DNA of 64,000 nt from Octopus bimaculoides (Eukaryota), in the NCBI RefSeq assembly GCF_001194135.2, contig NC_068983.1, positions 150,962,599 to 151,026,598 on the forward strand. Reading direction: 5' to 3'. The translations under genes and the position numbers were made by a program. Each line of letters begins with the position of its first letter. Positions within the stretch are counted from its first letter, which is position 1. The notes beneath the pieces were generated by a model. It had not been told where the DNA came from and ran no database searches. It worked only from the letters and a program-made list of their open reading frames with translations. Shown in pieces: positions 14,538 to 27,344 of this stretch.

Positions 14538-15097
14538 GATCCACTAATTTCTAATTATCTCTTACTCTGTTCCACCAAAACCACGCCTCCAGGCTAATCA
14601 GGCGTGTTTGATTCATAGAGTTCCGCTGCGTTGATTCTCCCTCCGCGGCTCCCCTATGAGCTCAATTTCCTCCCAAGTGATTAATCGTTTACCTTAATAA
14701 GCAAATAAAAAGCATTTCAGAAAAAGAAAAATACAAAAATATGAAAACACTTACATAAACAAATAATTTGCTAAAAAATTACGTTTATCTAATTTTGTTT
14801 CTCATTTATTATTTTAATTTTAAAGGTGAACTGGTTAAGTGATTTGGACCTAAAACTTATCGCTCATATCTTCCCATCCCTATAGGGGTTTCGTTCTGAA
14901 GCACTTGTAAAACTCTCATGCCGTAAGTACATTTGTTTTCCTCTTGATACTTGAAATGTTGATATATCTTTCATTGGAAAGCTACCCGTGATAGCTTGGC
15001 TGGCTTCCTGGTCCATGCAATAATGATGTTACTTATCGGCTTCTATATCTAAATGTGCGTGTACATGTATATCCATCCATCCATCCACCCATCTATC

Positions 15098-15225
15098 CGA
15101 GGACCGAGGCCATTATTTATGAAGCCACTGTAAATTCTACGAACGCTAATAGCACAATTTCATCCGAGACATATGTAGGTCTCACAGAGGGAAATCTTAA
15201 AGCAAGATTCAACAATCACACCTTA
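15098..15225 (+). mobile_element. Penelope-like element GIY-YIG endonuclease fragment
   Basis: Reads RTEAIIYEATVNSTN...ETYVGLTEGNLKARFNNHT (IIY...YVG.TE...K.R.NNH motif); truncated by (CATA)n. Confidence 0.8.
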
Positions 15226-15775
15226 TGCATACATACATACATACATACATACATACATACAATCATATACACACACATACTCATACGCATATTCAAATTT
15301 GTTCTTCAAAATTATTGATGTGAAATCATATTTTAAAATAATGGTGAACTATGGAAGGGGCGCTATGCTCCCACTAATGCACGCTCACTGTTTATCTTTC
15401 ATCTCAGTTTATTATCATTTAATTAAATAGTCAGGTAATTAATCAATCAGTTATCTGATCGATTAACTTCTATTTTCATAGCTCTTTGCCATGCCATTGA
15501 CAATATACTCCTCATAATCCTCTACTGTGCTATTACCACGTGTTCTCTGCTCTTTTCTTGGAATTTTGATCATTGGAATGTAGATTAAACCCACCAGAAA
15601 TGAGTACTGACATGGAGAAGGCAGAAGGGCTGCATCCTCACCGATAGATTAACTGGGCCATGGCAGAAGAACTTTGATAAATAACGTAAACAATTAATTC
15701 ATTGATTAACTAATGGAGTTACATATGGAATTGAAATGGAATCTGATACAAGGTTGGATATGATTGGTGCATACA

Positions 15776-15811
<36 letters not shown>

Positions 15812-15944
15812 TACACAAACACACACACATACATACACACATATATATATAGGCACACGCATGCATACACACAAAGACGTGTTTATGTGTGTGTGTATAC
15901 ACGTATGTATTTAGCAATGTCAGGAGGAATCTGATCACATTCCT

Positions 15945-17180
15945 TGAAGACAATGATTTGCTTCCCGATTCCCAGCTTCCACTCAGAAGAAGCTACCTTA
16001 CACTTAGGAAGATTCTTCTGCAGCATTATTACTGAGTATTGAAACAACTAATGTATCACTCAATCAGAGATGTGATAAATCTTGATTTTGCAAATGTCTT
16101 TGATAAGATTAATCACAGGAAGTTACGTCATAAGCTACGAGGACTCAGCATACGTGGACAACTGAGAGTCATTACATGACTTTATAAAAGACAGAAGCCA
16201 GCCTGTGACAGCCAATGGGGACCTCCCCTAAAAGCGGTTAATAGCGGGTTGAGTGCATCAAGCAACTATCTTTGGGTCGCTACAGTGGAAGATGCTGCTA
16301 ATATTAGTAGCTATATTGAAGCCAAAATGTAGCACCAGTGAAGAATCCTGTCGATGTCGTATAAATGTGCAGAAGAAATCAACATGAAATTTCTGCCAAC
16401 ACATCGCAAAAAAAGTACTTTGGACCAAAAGAAGCAGCAGTCATGGAGTCAAACACGGCGCAGGATCTGGGAATTAATATGAGCAACGAGGCTTCGTTTT
16501 ATGTACTTATCATTAAAATGATTGCAATGTGCAAGCGGATGGTCAGATGGATTCTCAGATCTTTCAGAACAAGGGATCAGAAAACTATACTGGTTCTATG
16601 GAGGATGTTTGTCTCAGCCATCTGGATTACTGCTTTCAACTATGGTCACCCAGCAGTGTCAAAATAATATCGGAACTCGGGGCAGTTCAGCGGCGTTATA
16701 CCACAAAGATTGCATCAGCGAAATACTTGAACACCAGGGAGAAACTGAAAGAATTACCTCTTTATTCTCTGGAGCGAAGACGGGAGACATATGTGGTGAT
16801 ATACACGTGGACGATCCCAAAAGGACTGGTATGAAGTCTTGGCATCGAGAGTTGGAAAGTATTCCAAAGGCCCCACCCATCCCGTCTAAAGTACGAACCA
16901 GGTACTGCAATAGCTGGGTATTCAAAGACCCACAACTATTCAATATCTCGTAAAAATAAAAACTCTGAGATCTATATAATATTGGGGTAGATGTTTTCAA
17001 GCGGTACCTAGACATTCTGTCGTTCACGATCCCAGATTAACCCATATCACGGCAAGAAACTCAGGCAACAGTATTAAACTCCCTCCTTCATCAAAAGTCA
17101 ACCACATGAGAATAGGCTTCGAAACAGTGATGATACTAGCAGTGCTACAGCAAGGCCACAGTCTCTGGGCTTAAACGTAT
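15945..17180 (+). mobile_element. CR1-clade LINE remnant, RT domain through 3' UTR
   Basis: Fragments LDFANVFDKINH; QDLGINMSNEASF...RWILRSFRTRD; HLDYCFQLWSP...ELGAVQRRYTTKI...LYSLERRRETYVVIYTW; many stops and frameshifts. Confidence 0.88.
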
Positions 17181-17647
17181 ATGGATATAAATACATACAT
17201 GAATACATAGATAGGTATGATCAAAGTACGAGCCTCTTGCTTTGCCAGCCACGTCATCGGGTACTGAATGCGTCTTGAAGATTTTAATCTTGACTATTAA
17301 GATCAAATTTTCTTAACTTTTAAGTATCATTAGGTTAAAGTTACATTAGTTATTTATCACTATATCAAAGTCCTCAAGATTGCACATACGTATTATGAAT
17401 TTACAATATATGCATACATAGACACAAGAATCACACACATGCTATCGTACAGTCATGAAATATAAATACACACAGATTTACAGATACATATGTATCAATG
17501 AAATCTGAGATCTAGACATTTCGGAGTACACATGAGTAACAAATTTGATGACAAGCATTAAGTATTCATAGAAAGGAAGAACGAAAAAATAGAAAGAATG
17601 AAAGAAAAGGCTAGGTAGATGAATGAATAAATAAACGCACATATATA

Positions 17648-17934
17648 CGCAGGAGTGGCTGTGTGGTAAGTGGCTTGCTTACCAACCACATGGTTCCGGG
17701 TTCAGTCCCAATGCGTGCCACCTTGGGCAAGCGCCTTCTACTACAGCATCGGGCCGACCAAAACTTTGTGAGTGGATTTGGTAGATGGAAACTGAAAGAA
17801 GCCCGTCGTATATAAATGTGTGTGCGTGTATGTGTGTGTGTGTGCTTGTGTGTGTGCTTGTGTGTGTGTGCTTGTGTGTGTGCTTGTGTGTGTGTGTATG
17901 TTTGTGTGTCTGTGTTTGTCACCCCAGCCCGTCG

Positions 17935-17978
<44 letters not shown>

Positions 17979-18180
17979 TGTTTGTCCCCCTAGCATTGCT
18001 TGACAACCGATGCTGGTGTGTTTATGTCCCCGTCAGATAGCGGTTCGGCAAAAGAGACCGATAGAATAAGTACTAGGCTTACAAAGAACAAGTCCTGGGG
18101 TCGATTTGCTCGACTAAAGGCAGTGCTCCAGCATGGCCGCAGTCAAATGATTGAACCAAGTAAAAGAAAAATTAAAAGAA
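17648..18180 (+). mobile_element. SINE family B, full length with expanded internal microsatellite
   Basis: gcaggagtggctgtgtggtaag head; caccttgggcaag; internal (TG)n with duplicated gcccgtcgtatata; tail gcagtgctccagcatggccgcagtcaaatga. Confidence 0.92.
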
Positions 18181-18531
18181 TATGTGTATAATATATATTT
18201 AAGGGGTAATCAATGGAATATAGATCCGTAACAGTGTATATACATTTTTGAAGAATGCTTGGAATCAATTAACTTTACGTGGTTAAACTGAAATTGCTGT
18301 AGGAACACTCGTATTTGAAGATATATAGTTTAAAGATCCTATAGAGGCAGAATCAGCAAAAAAGTAATCCATTCAGTGAAAGATAAATATGAATTTAAAT
18401 ATACAACCGAAAGAGCTGCTTATAGTTTCATGTTACGATGGTACTTGAACAGATATACTTAATTAAAATACGCCATGCATTTTAAAGCAATTTTTGAGAC
18501 TCTGTTTATGCGTTATATATATTTAAAAAAT

Positions 18532-18850
18532 GTGAAGGCGCGTGGCTTAGTGGTTAGGGCTTTCGGCTCGCGATCGTAAGGTCGTGAGTTCAATTCCCGG
18601 CGACGCGTTGTGCTTTTGAGGAAGACACGTTTCACGTTGCTCCAGTCCACTCAGCTGGCAAAAATGAGTAGTACCTGTATATCAAAGGGTCAGCCTTGTC
18701 ACACTCTGTGCCACGCTAAATCTCCCTGAGAACTACGTTAAGGGTACACGTGTCTGTGGAGTGCTCAGTCACTTGCACGTTAATTTAACGAGCAAGCTGT
18801 TCCGTTGATCGTTTCAGCTGGGACCCTCGTGGTCGTAACCGACGGAGTGC
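18532..18850 (+). mobile_element. CORE-like SINE family A1
   Basis: ggcgcgtggcttagtggttagg / gagttcaattccc head; gcgttgtgcttttgaggaagacac...ctccagtccactcagctggcaaaaatgagtagtacct resembles the CORE domain; tail-1. Confidence 0.9.
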
Positions 18851-20214
18851 TCCGTATTTTAAAAAGCAAGGACACTGGGCAATAAGAAAATAACAAGAAA
18901 TCGTCCAGCCTCCTTGTTTTTAACATATATACTTATAACTCTTGCACTAGCATTACTGACAACACGTCAACCTATCATGCTGTTTTAACGAGTAGACAAC
19001 ATCCGTAAAGATCGTAGAATCTTCCACTTTCCGTGAGCGTCAAGCTAATACACCTTGTCTGTTGTTCCCTATACACGAGCAAGCACATAAATGCAAAACA
19101 AGGTGGAAAAAGTAGTACTCGAATACCTAAGGTAGAGCAATATACTTTTATTAAAGCTGAAAAGAAAATATATATATATATATGTATGTATACACGTCTG
19201 AAACAGTTGTAGTGAACCTCAACCGATTTCTGTTCTTTCTTTGTGTGCGTGCGTGTGTGTGTGTGTGTGTGTGTGTGTTTGTGTGGTGATTTATTGTTGT
19301 TATTTCAAGAAAACGTTTATGACATGGTTCTGTTTTTAGCAGGTATTCTGAAAGCGATGTGCTCCACCACGGTTAATATTTCTCTTGAAAAGTTTAGAGA
19401 TGACGACTGTAAAAAAAAAAAAAAANNNNNNNNNNNNNNNNNNNNNNNNNNNNNNNNNNNNNNNNNNNNNNNNNNNNNNNNNNNNNNNNNNNNNNNNNNN
19501 NNNNNNNNNNNNNNNNNNNNNNNNNNNNNNNNNNNNNNNNNNNNNNNNNNNNNNNNNNNNNNNNNNNNNNNNNNNNNNNNNNNNNNNNNNNNNNNNNNNN
19601 NNNNNNNNNNNNNNNNNNNNNNNNNNNNNNNNNNNNNNNNNNNNNNNNNNNNNNNNNNNNNNNNNNNNNNNNNNNNNNNNNNNNNNNNNNNNNNNNNNNN
19701 NNNNNNNNNNNNNNNNNNNNNNNNNNNNNNNNNNNNNNNNNNNNNNNNNNNNNNNNNNNNNNNNNNNNNNNNNNNNNNNNNNNNNNNNNNNNNNNNNNNN
19801 NNNNNNNNNNNNNNNNNNNNNNNNNNNNNNNNNNNNNNNNNNNNNNNNNNNNNNNNNNNNNNNNNNNNNNNNNNNNNNNNNNNNNNNNNNNNNNNNNNNN
19901 NNNNNNNNNNNNNNNNNNNNNNNNNNNNNNNNNNNNNNNNNNNNNNNNNNNNNNNNNNNNNNNNNNNNNNNNNNNNNNNNNNNNNNNNNNNNNNNNNNNN
20001 NNNNNNNNNNNNNNNNNNNNNNNNNNNNAAAAAGTAAAAATGCCCAGAATTTATAATTGTATAAAAAAAAATATCTCCCCGTCACCCCCACCCAAAAACA
20101 GCCAGGCAAGACAAGCAAGACAAGCAAGACAAGCAAGACGCAATAGGTTATTAAACGGCGCCAGGTATCGCTTGTAAACATGACTTAGGACCAGGCCACT
20201 ACGGAAGCCACCCA

Positions 20215-20815
20215 TAACCACCACCCTCACCACCACTACCACTACCACCACTACCACTACCACCACTGCCACTACCACCACTACCACTACCACCACTACC
20301 ACTACCACCACTGCCACTACCACCACTACCACTANNNNNNNNNNNNNNNNNNNNNNNNNNNNNNNNNNNNNNNNNNNNNNNNNNNNNNNNNNNNNNNNNN
20401 NNNNNNNNNNNNNNNNNNNNNNNNNNNNNNNNNNNNNNNNNNNNNNNNNNNNNNNNNNNNNNNNNNNNNNNNNNNNNNNNNNNNNNNNNNNNNNNNNNNN
20501 NNNNNNNNNNNNNNNNNNNNNNNNNNNNNNNNNNNNNNNNNNNNNNNNNNNNNNNNNNNNNNNNNNNNNNNNNNNNNNNNNNNNNNNNNNNNNNNNNNNN
20601 NNNNNNNNNNNNNNNNNNNNNNNNNNNNNNNNNNNNNNNNNNNNNNNNNNNNNNNNNNNNNNNNNNNNNNNNNNNNNNNNNNNNNNNNNNNNNNNNNNNN
20701 NNNNNNNNNNNNNNNNNNNNNNNNACCACCACTACCACTACCACCACTACCACTACCACCACTGCCACTACCACCACTACCACTACCACCACTACCACCA
20801 CCGTCACTACCACGG
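20215..20815. repeat. (ACCACT/ACC) higher-order trinucleotide repeat, about 15-nt period, spanning a gap
   Basis: accactaccaccact units on both sides of the 20335-20724 gap, decaying into cryptic ACC-rich sequence. Confidence 0.85.
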
Positions 20816-21133
20816 CCTTCACCACCAACAGTCACGACCATCAAAGCAACCACAAAATCTACTCCCACTGTCTCTACCTCTACTGACGCTACTTTCATAG
20901 TCCCAACAAAACCACCGCTACCGTCACGACCACAAACGCCATGACCAAGACCAACGCCATCCCTCCTCCACCCACCACCACTGTCGCAAACGACTATCAC
21001 GGATATTGTCATTCATCTTCACCACCATCTTCATCATCATTGACATTAATTTTCGTGCTTTTATTGTAGTATTTAAGTTCGTTAAATAAGTTAGATCTCT
21101 TCCACCCTATGTCCTTCCTTGTCTGTCTGTCTA

Positions 21134-21180
<47 letters not shown>

Positions 21181-21195
21181 GCCTGCCTGCCTGTG

Positions 21196-21237
<42 letters not shown>

Positions 21238-21323
21238 GCTCGAACCGTAACCCCTTTACAGAAACAATTCACAGAATAAGATAAATTAGAAGACACACGA
21301 ACATACCTAATTATATGAATGAA

Positions 21324-21392
<69 letters not shown>

Positions 21393-22145
21393 GTGTATGT
21401 ATATATGTATATATACACACACACACACATACACACAGATANNNNNNNNNNNNNNNNNNNNNNNNNNNNNNNNNNNNNNNNNNNNNNNNNNNNNNNNNNN
21501 NNNNNNNNNNNNNNNNNNNNNNNNNNNNNNNNNNNNNNNNNNNNNNNNNNNNNNNNNNNNNNNNNNNNNNNNNNNNNNNNNNNNNNNNNNNNNNNNNNNN
21601 NNNNNNNNNNNNNNNNNNNNNNNNNNNNNNNNNNNNNNNNNNNNNNNNNNNNNNNNNNNNNNNNNNNNNNNNNNNNNNNNNNNNNNNNNNNNNNNNNNNN
21701 NNNNNNNNNNNNNNNNNNNNNNNNNNNNNNNNNNNNNNNNNNNNNNNNNNNNNNNNNNNNNNNNNNNNNNNNNNNNNNNNNNNNNNNNNNNNNNNNNNNN
21801 NNNNNNNNNNNNNNNNNNNNNNNNNNNNNNNNNNNNNNNNNNNNNNNNNNNNNNNNNNNNNNNNNNNNNNNNNNNNNNNNNNNNNNNNNNNNNNNNNNNN
21901 NNNNNNNNNNNNNNNNNNNNNNNNNNNNNNNNNNNNNNNNNNNNNNNNNNNNNNNNNNNNNNNNNNNNNNNNNNNNNNNNNNNNNNNNNNNNNNNNNNNN
22001 NNNNNNNNNNNNNNNNNNNNNNNNNNNNNNNNNNNNNNNNNNNNNNNNNNNNNNNNNNNNNNNNNNNNNNNNNNNNNNNNNNNNNNNNNNNNNNNNNNNN
22101 NNNNNNNNNNNNNNNNNNNNNNNNNNNNNNNNNNNNNNNNNNNNT

Positions 22146-22313
22146 TGTACCCACACCATCGTTTGACAACAAATGTTACTATGCATAGGTCCCCGTAACT
22201 TAGCGGATCGGCAAAATACACCGATAGAATTAGTACTAGGCTTACAAAGAATTGTCCGATTTGTTCGACTGAATGGCCGCAGTCAAATGACAAACAAATA
22301 AAAGAATAAAAGA

Positions 22314-22316
<3 letters not shown>
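22146..22316 (+). mobile_element. SINE family B 3' half
   Basis: ccatcgtttgacaac...cggcaaaatacaccgatagaattagtactaggcttacaaagaa...ggccgcagtcaaatga...aaagaataaaagaat. Confidence 0.85.
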
Positions 22317-22378
<62 letters not shown>

Positions 22379-23049
22379 TATATATATATGTGTATGTATA
22401 TATGTATATATACACACACACACACATACACACAGATACACATATCTAAACCTATAAAAATATGATTAATGGATACCTAAGTTAATTGAATGAGAGTTAA
22501 TTGAATGAGAGTTTAACTCATATTAAACAAAATGTCTAACGGGATAGTCGAATGGTGGGGAGAGAAATCTAACATTAATTAAACTATGTGTCTAATTTGG
22601 TTAGACTGCAGGGTCGTCTTTCAGTTTGATGACAGAAACTTATGGAGAGGTATACACCTAGTAAGAATTTCTGCTCCTTAATTTAGGAGATCGGTGCACT
22701 TCTTCCATCTAAGAAGTATGTGTCTGTTTCGGTTATACAGGGCCTGCACTTGTTGATCAGTTAATGAATGACCTAGATCTCTCTATGATGATCGGTGATG
22801 GCGAGCAGTAGTTTTTTTTTTTTTAGACGTAAGCACTAGAGTAGTACAGTAAATTACAGCCAGCCATTACTGGCATGCTAACATGTTCCGTGGTTTCGTT
22901 AAAAGTTTTAAGTGTCTATGTAGTCACGAGCAGACATAGACAACTTTTTGATCTCTCTATCATTGACTCAATGATATATGTCAAATATGTGGCAGCTAGA
23001 GAGAAAGAGGATTGCATCAGCACACGGCTGATGTTTATTTAAAACACAG

Positions 23050-23168
23050 CAGCCTGGAGCAACATGAAATAAAGTGCCTTACTTAAGGGCATAACCCGCT
23101 GGCCAGTCGAAGAGTTGAACACAACCGTATGATCTACAATCACAACCTAACCATTAAGACACGCGCCT
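23050..23168 (-). mobile_element. CORE-like SINE head fragment, diverged
   Basis: ctggagcaacatgaaataaagtgcctt...aaccattaagacacgcgcct is the RC of head + CORE. Confidence 0.65.
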
Positions 23169-23400
23169 ATACACTATATCAGTACATAGTTATGTTCCGT
23201 TACAAACAATTTTTCAAGTCTGTTGTGCTTGCATTTTTGCAAATTTTAATGGGCATCTTCCACCAAACATGTAGAAATATATATATATTTCAGAAGTATA
23301 AATATATACATTCGAAATATTAAAATATTTTCATAATTTCGTAAGAGGTGCCTTTTTACGGAAGGTGTTTTATATTGTTTTACCAACAAGATTTTCTCAC

Positions 23401-23484
23401 CATTGGAATGCAGTGTCTTTATGACAATCATTGGTAGCCAGTGTCTTGATGACAGTCACGGGTAACCAGTGATCTGATATATAA
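23401..23484. repeat. 28-bp degenerate minisatellite x3
   Basis: cattggaatgcagtgtctttatgacaat / cattggtagccagtgtcttgatgacagt / cacgggtaaccagtgatctgatatataa. Confidence 0.6.
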
Positions 23485-23668
23485 TGTCTTCCACAGATGT
23501 GTTAAACAATTGATATTTTCGGTCACATCTAAGGGATTTAACGCTTTATTGTCATTGCCATTTGCACCTGTCTCATAAAGACATAACCTTGGAAATGTAA
23601 TTTGATTTAACAGTCGAGGAGCCTACACGTATAGCCATTATGAAATTATTTACAAGTTTCTGAGAAAA

Positions 23669-23780
23669 ATACAAGGTGCATTCTAAGCTTTGAAACTTTT
23701 TTAAAAGAGATATTTATTTACTTCAACAGAACTCTTGTCTCCATCAAAGTACAATCCTCTTATTTCAATACATATTAGTT
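23669..23780 (+). mobile_element. Possible mariner-like terminal fragment
   Basis: tacaaggtgcattctaagctttgaaacttttt...atttattt...catcaaagtacaatcc...ttcaataca resembles mariner 5' ends (from memory only). Confidence 0.3.
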
Positions 23781-24004
23781 TCCTGGTGGACTTGCTTATC
23801 CAGGCACATCATCGGATACTGAATACTTCTTGAAAATTTTAATCTTGACTATAAAGATCGTATTTTCTTAACTTTTGAGTATTATTAGGTTAAAGTTACA
23901 TTAGTTATTTAACACTATGTCAAAGTCTGCAAGTTTGCACATACGTATTATAAATTCACAACATATGCATACATAGATACAAGAATCACACGCACACACA
24001 CACA

Positions 24005-24050
<46 letters not shown>

Positions 24051-24319
24051 NNNNNNNNNNNNNNNNNNNNNNNNNNNNNNNNNNNNNNNNNNNNNNNNNN
24101 NNNNNNNNNNNNNNNNNNNNNNNNNNNNNNNNNNNNNNNNNNNNNNNNNNNNNNNNNNNNNNNNNNNNNNNNNNNNNNNNNNNNNNNNNNNNNNNNNNNN
24201 NNNNNNNNNNNNNNNNNTTGATGACAAGCATTAAGTATTCATAGAAAGGAAGAACGAAAAAAAGAAAGAATGAAAGTAAAGGCTAGGTAGATGAATGAAC
24301 AAATAAACGCACATATATA

Positions 24320-24715
24320 GGCAGGAGTGGCTGTGTGGTAAGTGGCTTGCTTACCAACCACATGGTTCCGGGTTCAGTCCCACTGCGTGACACCTTGGGC
24401 AAGTGTCTTCTAGGATAGCCTCGGGCTGCCCAAAACTTTGTGAGTGGATTTGGGAGACGGAAACTGAAAGAAGCCCGTCGTATATATATATATAAATATA
24501 TATATATATATGTTTGTGTCTGTGCTTGTCTCCCACCATCGCTTGACAACCGATGTTGTTGTGTTTACGTCCCCATAACATAGTAGTTCGGCAAAAGATA
24601 CTGATAGAATAAGTACTAGGTTTACAAAGAATAAATCCTGGGGGCGATTTGTTCGACTAAATGCAGTGCTCCAGCATGGCCGCAGTCAAATGACTGAAAC
24701 AAGTAAAAAATTAAA
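24320..24715 (+). mobile_element. SINE family B, full length
   Basis: Same architecture as 17648; internal (TA)n; lies within the duplicated block shared with 17255-18185. Confidence 0.92.
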
Positions 24716-24880
24716 GAGTATATAAATAAACATTTGATACCATCAACGTCAGAATACCATCGATGACTATGATGATGATGATAATGCTGCTCCTTCAGCT
24801 GATGGTGATGATGATGATGATGACGCAACGACAATGACGATGATCTTAATGACTGCGACGATGACAATATACACTAACAA

Positions 24881-25112
24881 GGCGGCGAGCTGGCAGAAAC
24901 GTTAGCAAGCCGGGCGAAATGCTTAGCGGTATTTCATCTGTCTTCAGGTTCTGAGTTCAAATTCCGCCGAGGTCGATTTTGCCTTTCATCCTTTCGGGGT
25001 TGATAAATTAAGTACCAGTTACGCACTAGGGTCGATGTAATCAACTTAATCCTTTTTTTCTGTCCTTGTTTGTCCACTCTGTATGTAGCCCCTTGTGGGC
25101 AATAAAGAAAGA
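24881..25112 (+). mobile_element. SINE family C (tail C1)
   Basis: ggcggcgagctggcagaaacgttagc...ttccgccgaggtcga...gtagccccttgtgggcaataaagaaa. Confidence 0.92.
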
Positions 25113-25311
25113 AGAAACGTTAGCAAGGCAGGCGAAATGCTTGGCTGTATTTCGTCTGTCTTTACGTTCTGAATTCAAATTCCGCCGAGGTCGACTTTGC
25201 TGTCATTCTTTCGGGGTCGATAAATTATGTACCAGTTGCGTACTGGGTCGATCTAATCGACTGACCCTCCTCCCACAAAATTTCGGGCCTTGAGCCTTGA
25301 GTAGAAAAGAA
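25113..25311 (+). mobile_element. SINE family C (tail C2), 5'-truncated, head-to-tail with previous copy
   Basis: gaaacgttagcaaggcaggcgaaatgc...cccacaaaatttcgggccttgagccttgagtagaaaagaata. Confidence 0.9.
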
Positions 25312-25792
25312 TATAGACTCACTTGATTCCATTATGCCACAATGGAAGTTTGCACGCATGGCTTAAATGTTATAGACACACTGGAGTTAGAAAAACAAAC
25401 CAGTTACATATATCTACACACACACACACACATGAACACGCATATGTACTAAATCACAAACTTATGCATACACAAGAGCACAGCAACACGCAAACGATTA
25501 AGAAAGTCATATTATCATATAATATAATATGATATCAAAAAGAGAAAGAATGAATCATTATCTAATACTGTATCTGGCCCTCTTTGCCGCCCAATCACTC
25601 ACCTCAGTCCTTCAAACGTAGCAGACCATGACCTAGCAAATCTTGCCTTTCACGTTCATACCGTACCTGTTCACCCCGGCATGTCACTCTCGTCTCCAGG
25701 TATATTGTTTCATTTGGGGGTGATATCTCATTATAGACATTGGCCGACATTGGCCGTGAGTGTTAGCGTATGAGTACGTGTGTGCATATATT

Positions 25793-25835
<43 letters not shown>

Positions 25836-26410
25836 ATGTAACGTATATATATGTGTGTGTAAGCGCGTGCGTGTGTATGTGTGAGTGAGTGTATATGTGT
25901 GAAATGCGTGGGCTTTCTGTCTGTGTGTGCATGCGCGGGGCGTATGCATTGTATTACTGTACTCTGGGAGTGGCATTTCGCCAATAAAAACACGTGCATT
26001 GATTGTGGTTTAATATGCTTATAAATAAATAAATTTATAAATAAAGCAATTAATTAATCAAATAATTGATTTGTTAATGTCTTTCACCACCCTACACTAC
26101 ATCACACAATGGCTGTCTTCTTTTCTGTCTCTGTATGTAAATATGTATGTACTTGTATATGCCTGTTGTGTTATTGTGTGTATGTGTGTTATGAGTGTGA
26201 TGTGCATGTGTGTGTGTGTATATATACTGTGGCATTAGAGTGATGTGTGAGTTTATTGTGATGAAAGTAATTTAAAGAAAATCTACGTAATCTCCAATTA
26301 AATCTCGTACCCATTAATAAAAAATATTTCTTTGTACCGATGCTAACTGTAGAATTTGCAAATCTATGCCGATGAAATCTAGATATAAATTGCAAAATCA
26401 GGAACGTAGT

Positions 26411-26710
26411 ATACAGCATGAGGGGCGTGTGGCATCACTACACCTTAGATGAAAAGAACAGCTCGTAGATGTGATGAAAGAACCGATAACATTGAGTGGG
26501 TATAATGTAAACATATCAGCAGCTATACTTTACAAACATGCATTAGACAAGCATGAAGAATCGATAAATACTATCGAGAAGTGCTATCCGCATGCTCATT
26601 CGATCCAACAGTCAGGTAAGTTAGCGAAGCAGTATCCATACAAAAAGTTGGCTGCTCTTTCAAACAAGAGTAAGCTTGCAAGAAGCCTTACTAATCGTCA
26701 TACCTTATAA
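26411..26710 (+). mobile_element. Penelope-like GIY-YIG remnant (RQxxEAVxI type)
   Basis: Across frameshifts: EGRVASLHLR*KEQL ~ YxGETxRSLHxRxKEH; ILYKHALDKHEE; DPTVR*VSEAVSIQK ~ RQVSEAVxI. Confidence 0.55.
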
Positions 26711-27159
26711 CAAATTAAACTCAGAAGCAGTGGCGGCTCGTAGATAAAATTAGTGGGGTTGCTGCTTCAGAAAATTGTCAGCCGTTGTTTTAATATTGTG
26801 TAAAAGAAAACAAACATATAAAAAGAAAATTTATACATAAACTTGATCGGTTCGCGTTTTAGCCACTGCCGGGTAGTGTGTTTAATTTAGCGTGTTTAAT
26901 TTATCACATTCAAGAATATAAACACGTTTTTAAGCACAATACACGCGGAGTCAAAAAGAAACACTACCTTCCACCGGAACACCGGGGTAGGCACTGTCGT
27001 TCACGCAGGGCTCTAGCCCCTTCGGACATGTCCTTTCTTTTTTTTTTAGACAGTAAAGTAAGTTGTATTTAGAATGCGAAACAGATGCTATTTCTCGCTT
27101 GTCGAACAGCTGCGTGGATTGAATCCAATTCTTGTTTGCTCATATTACTGTTTTTAATG

Positions 27160-27250
27160 CATCGTTTGTTCGATCCAAAGACAGCTCTGATCAAACAGAC
27201 CCATGGTTAGAGACGTTCAATCCATAACAATTCTGATTTTTCTTTTTTCC
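27160..27250 (+). repeat. Interspersed repeat family D fragment
   Basis: gtttgttcgatccaaagacagctctgatcaaacagacccatgg resembles 50383 gtttagctcgaggtcggttctgattcagcaggccctgtg. Confidence 0.4.
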
Positions 27251-27344
27251 AGACATTTTATACTATGGCTTGCATTATCCAAAATGTCTTTTTCAGAAGA
27301 AAATGGCGTAATGATTTAGACAATTTATATAACTTTATTATAAA

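Noticed and set aside
18220-18480. Possible retroelement ORF1 remnant
   Set aside because: Multiple stops and no recognisable motif.
20730-21040. Thr/Pro-rich mucin-like exon
   Set aside because: Explained by decay of the (ACC/ACT)n repeat; frame changes and stops; no clear splice sites.
25585-25990. Promoter from several CCAAT boxes (including the tandem acattggccg x2)
   Set aside because: No downstream exon or other support.
26729-26869. hAT-like MITE (cagtggc...gccactg)
   Set aside because: Only 7-bp terminal match and no target-site duplication.
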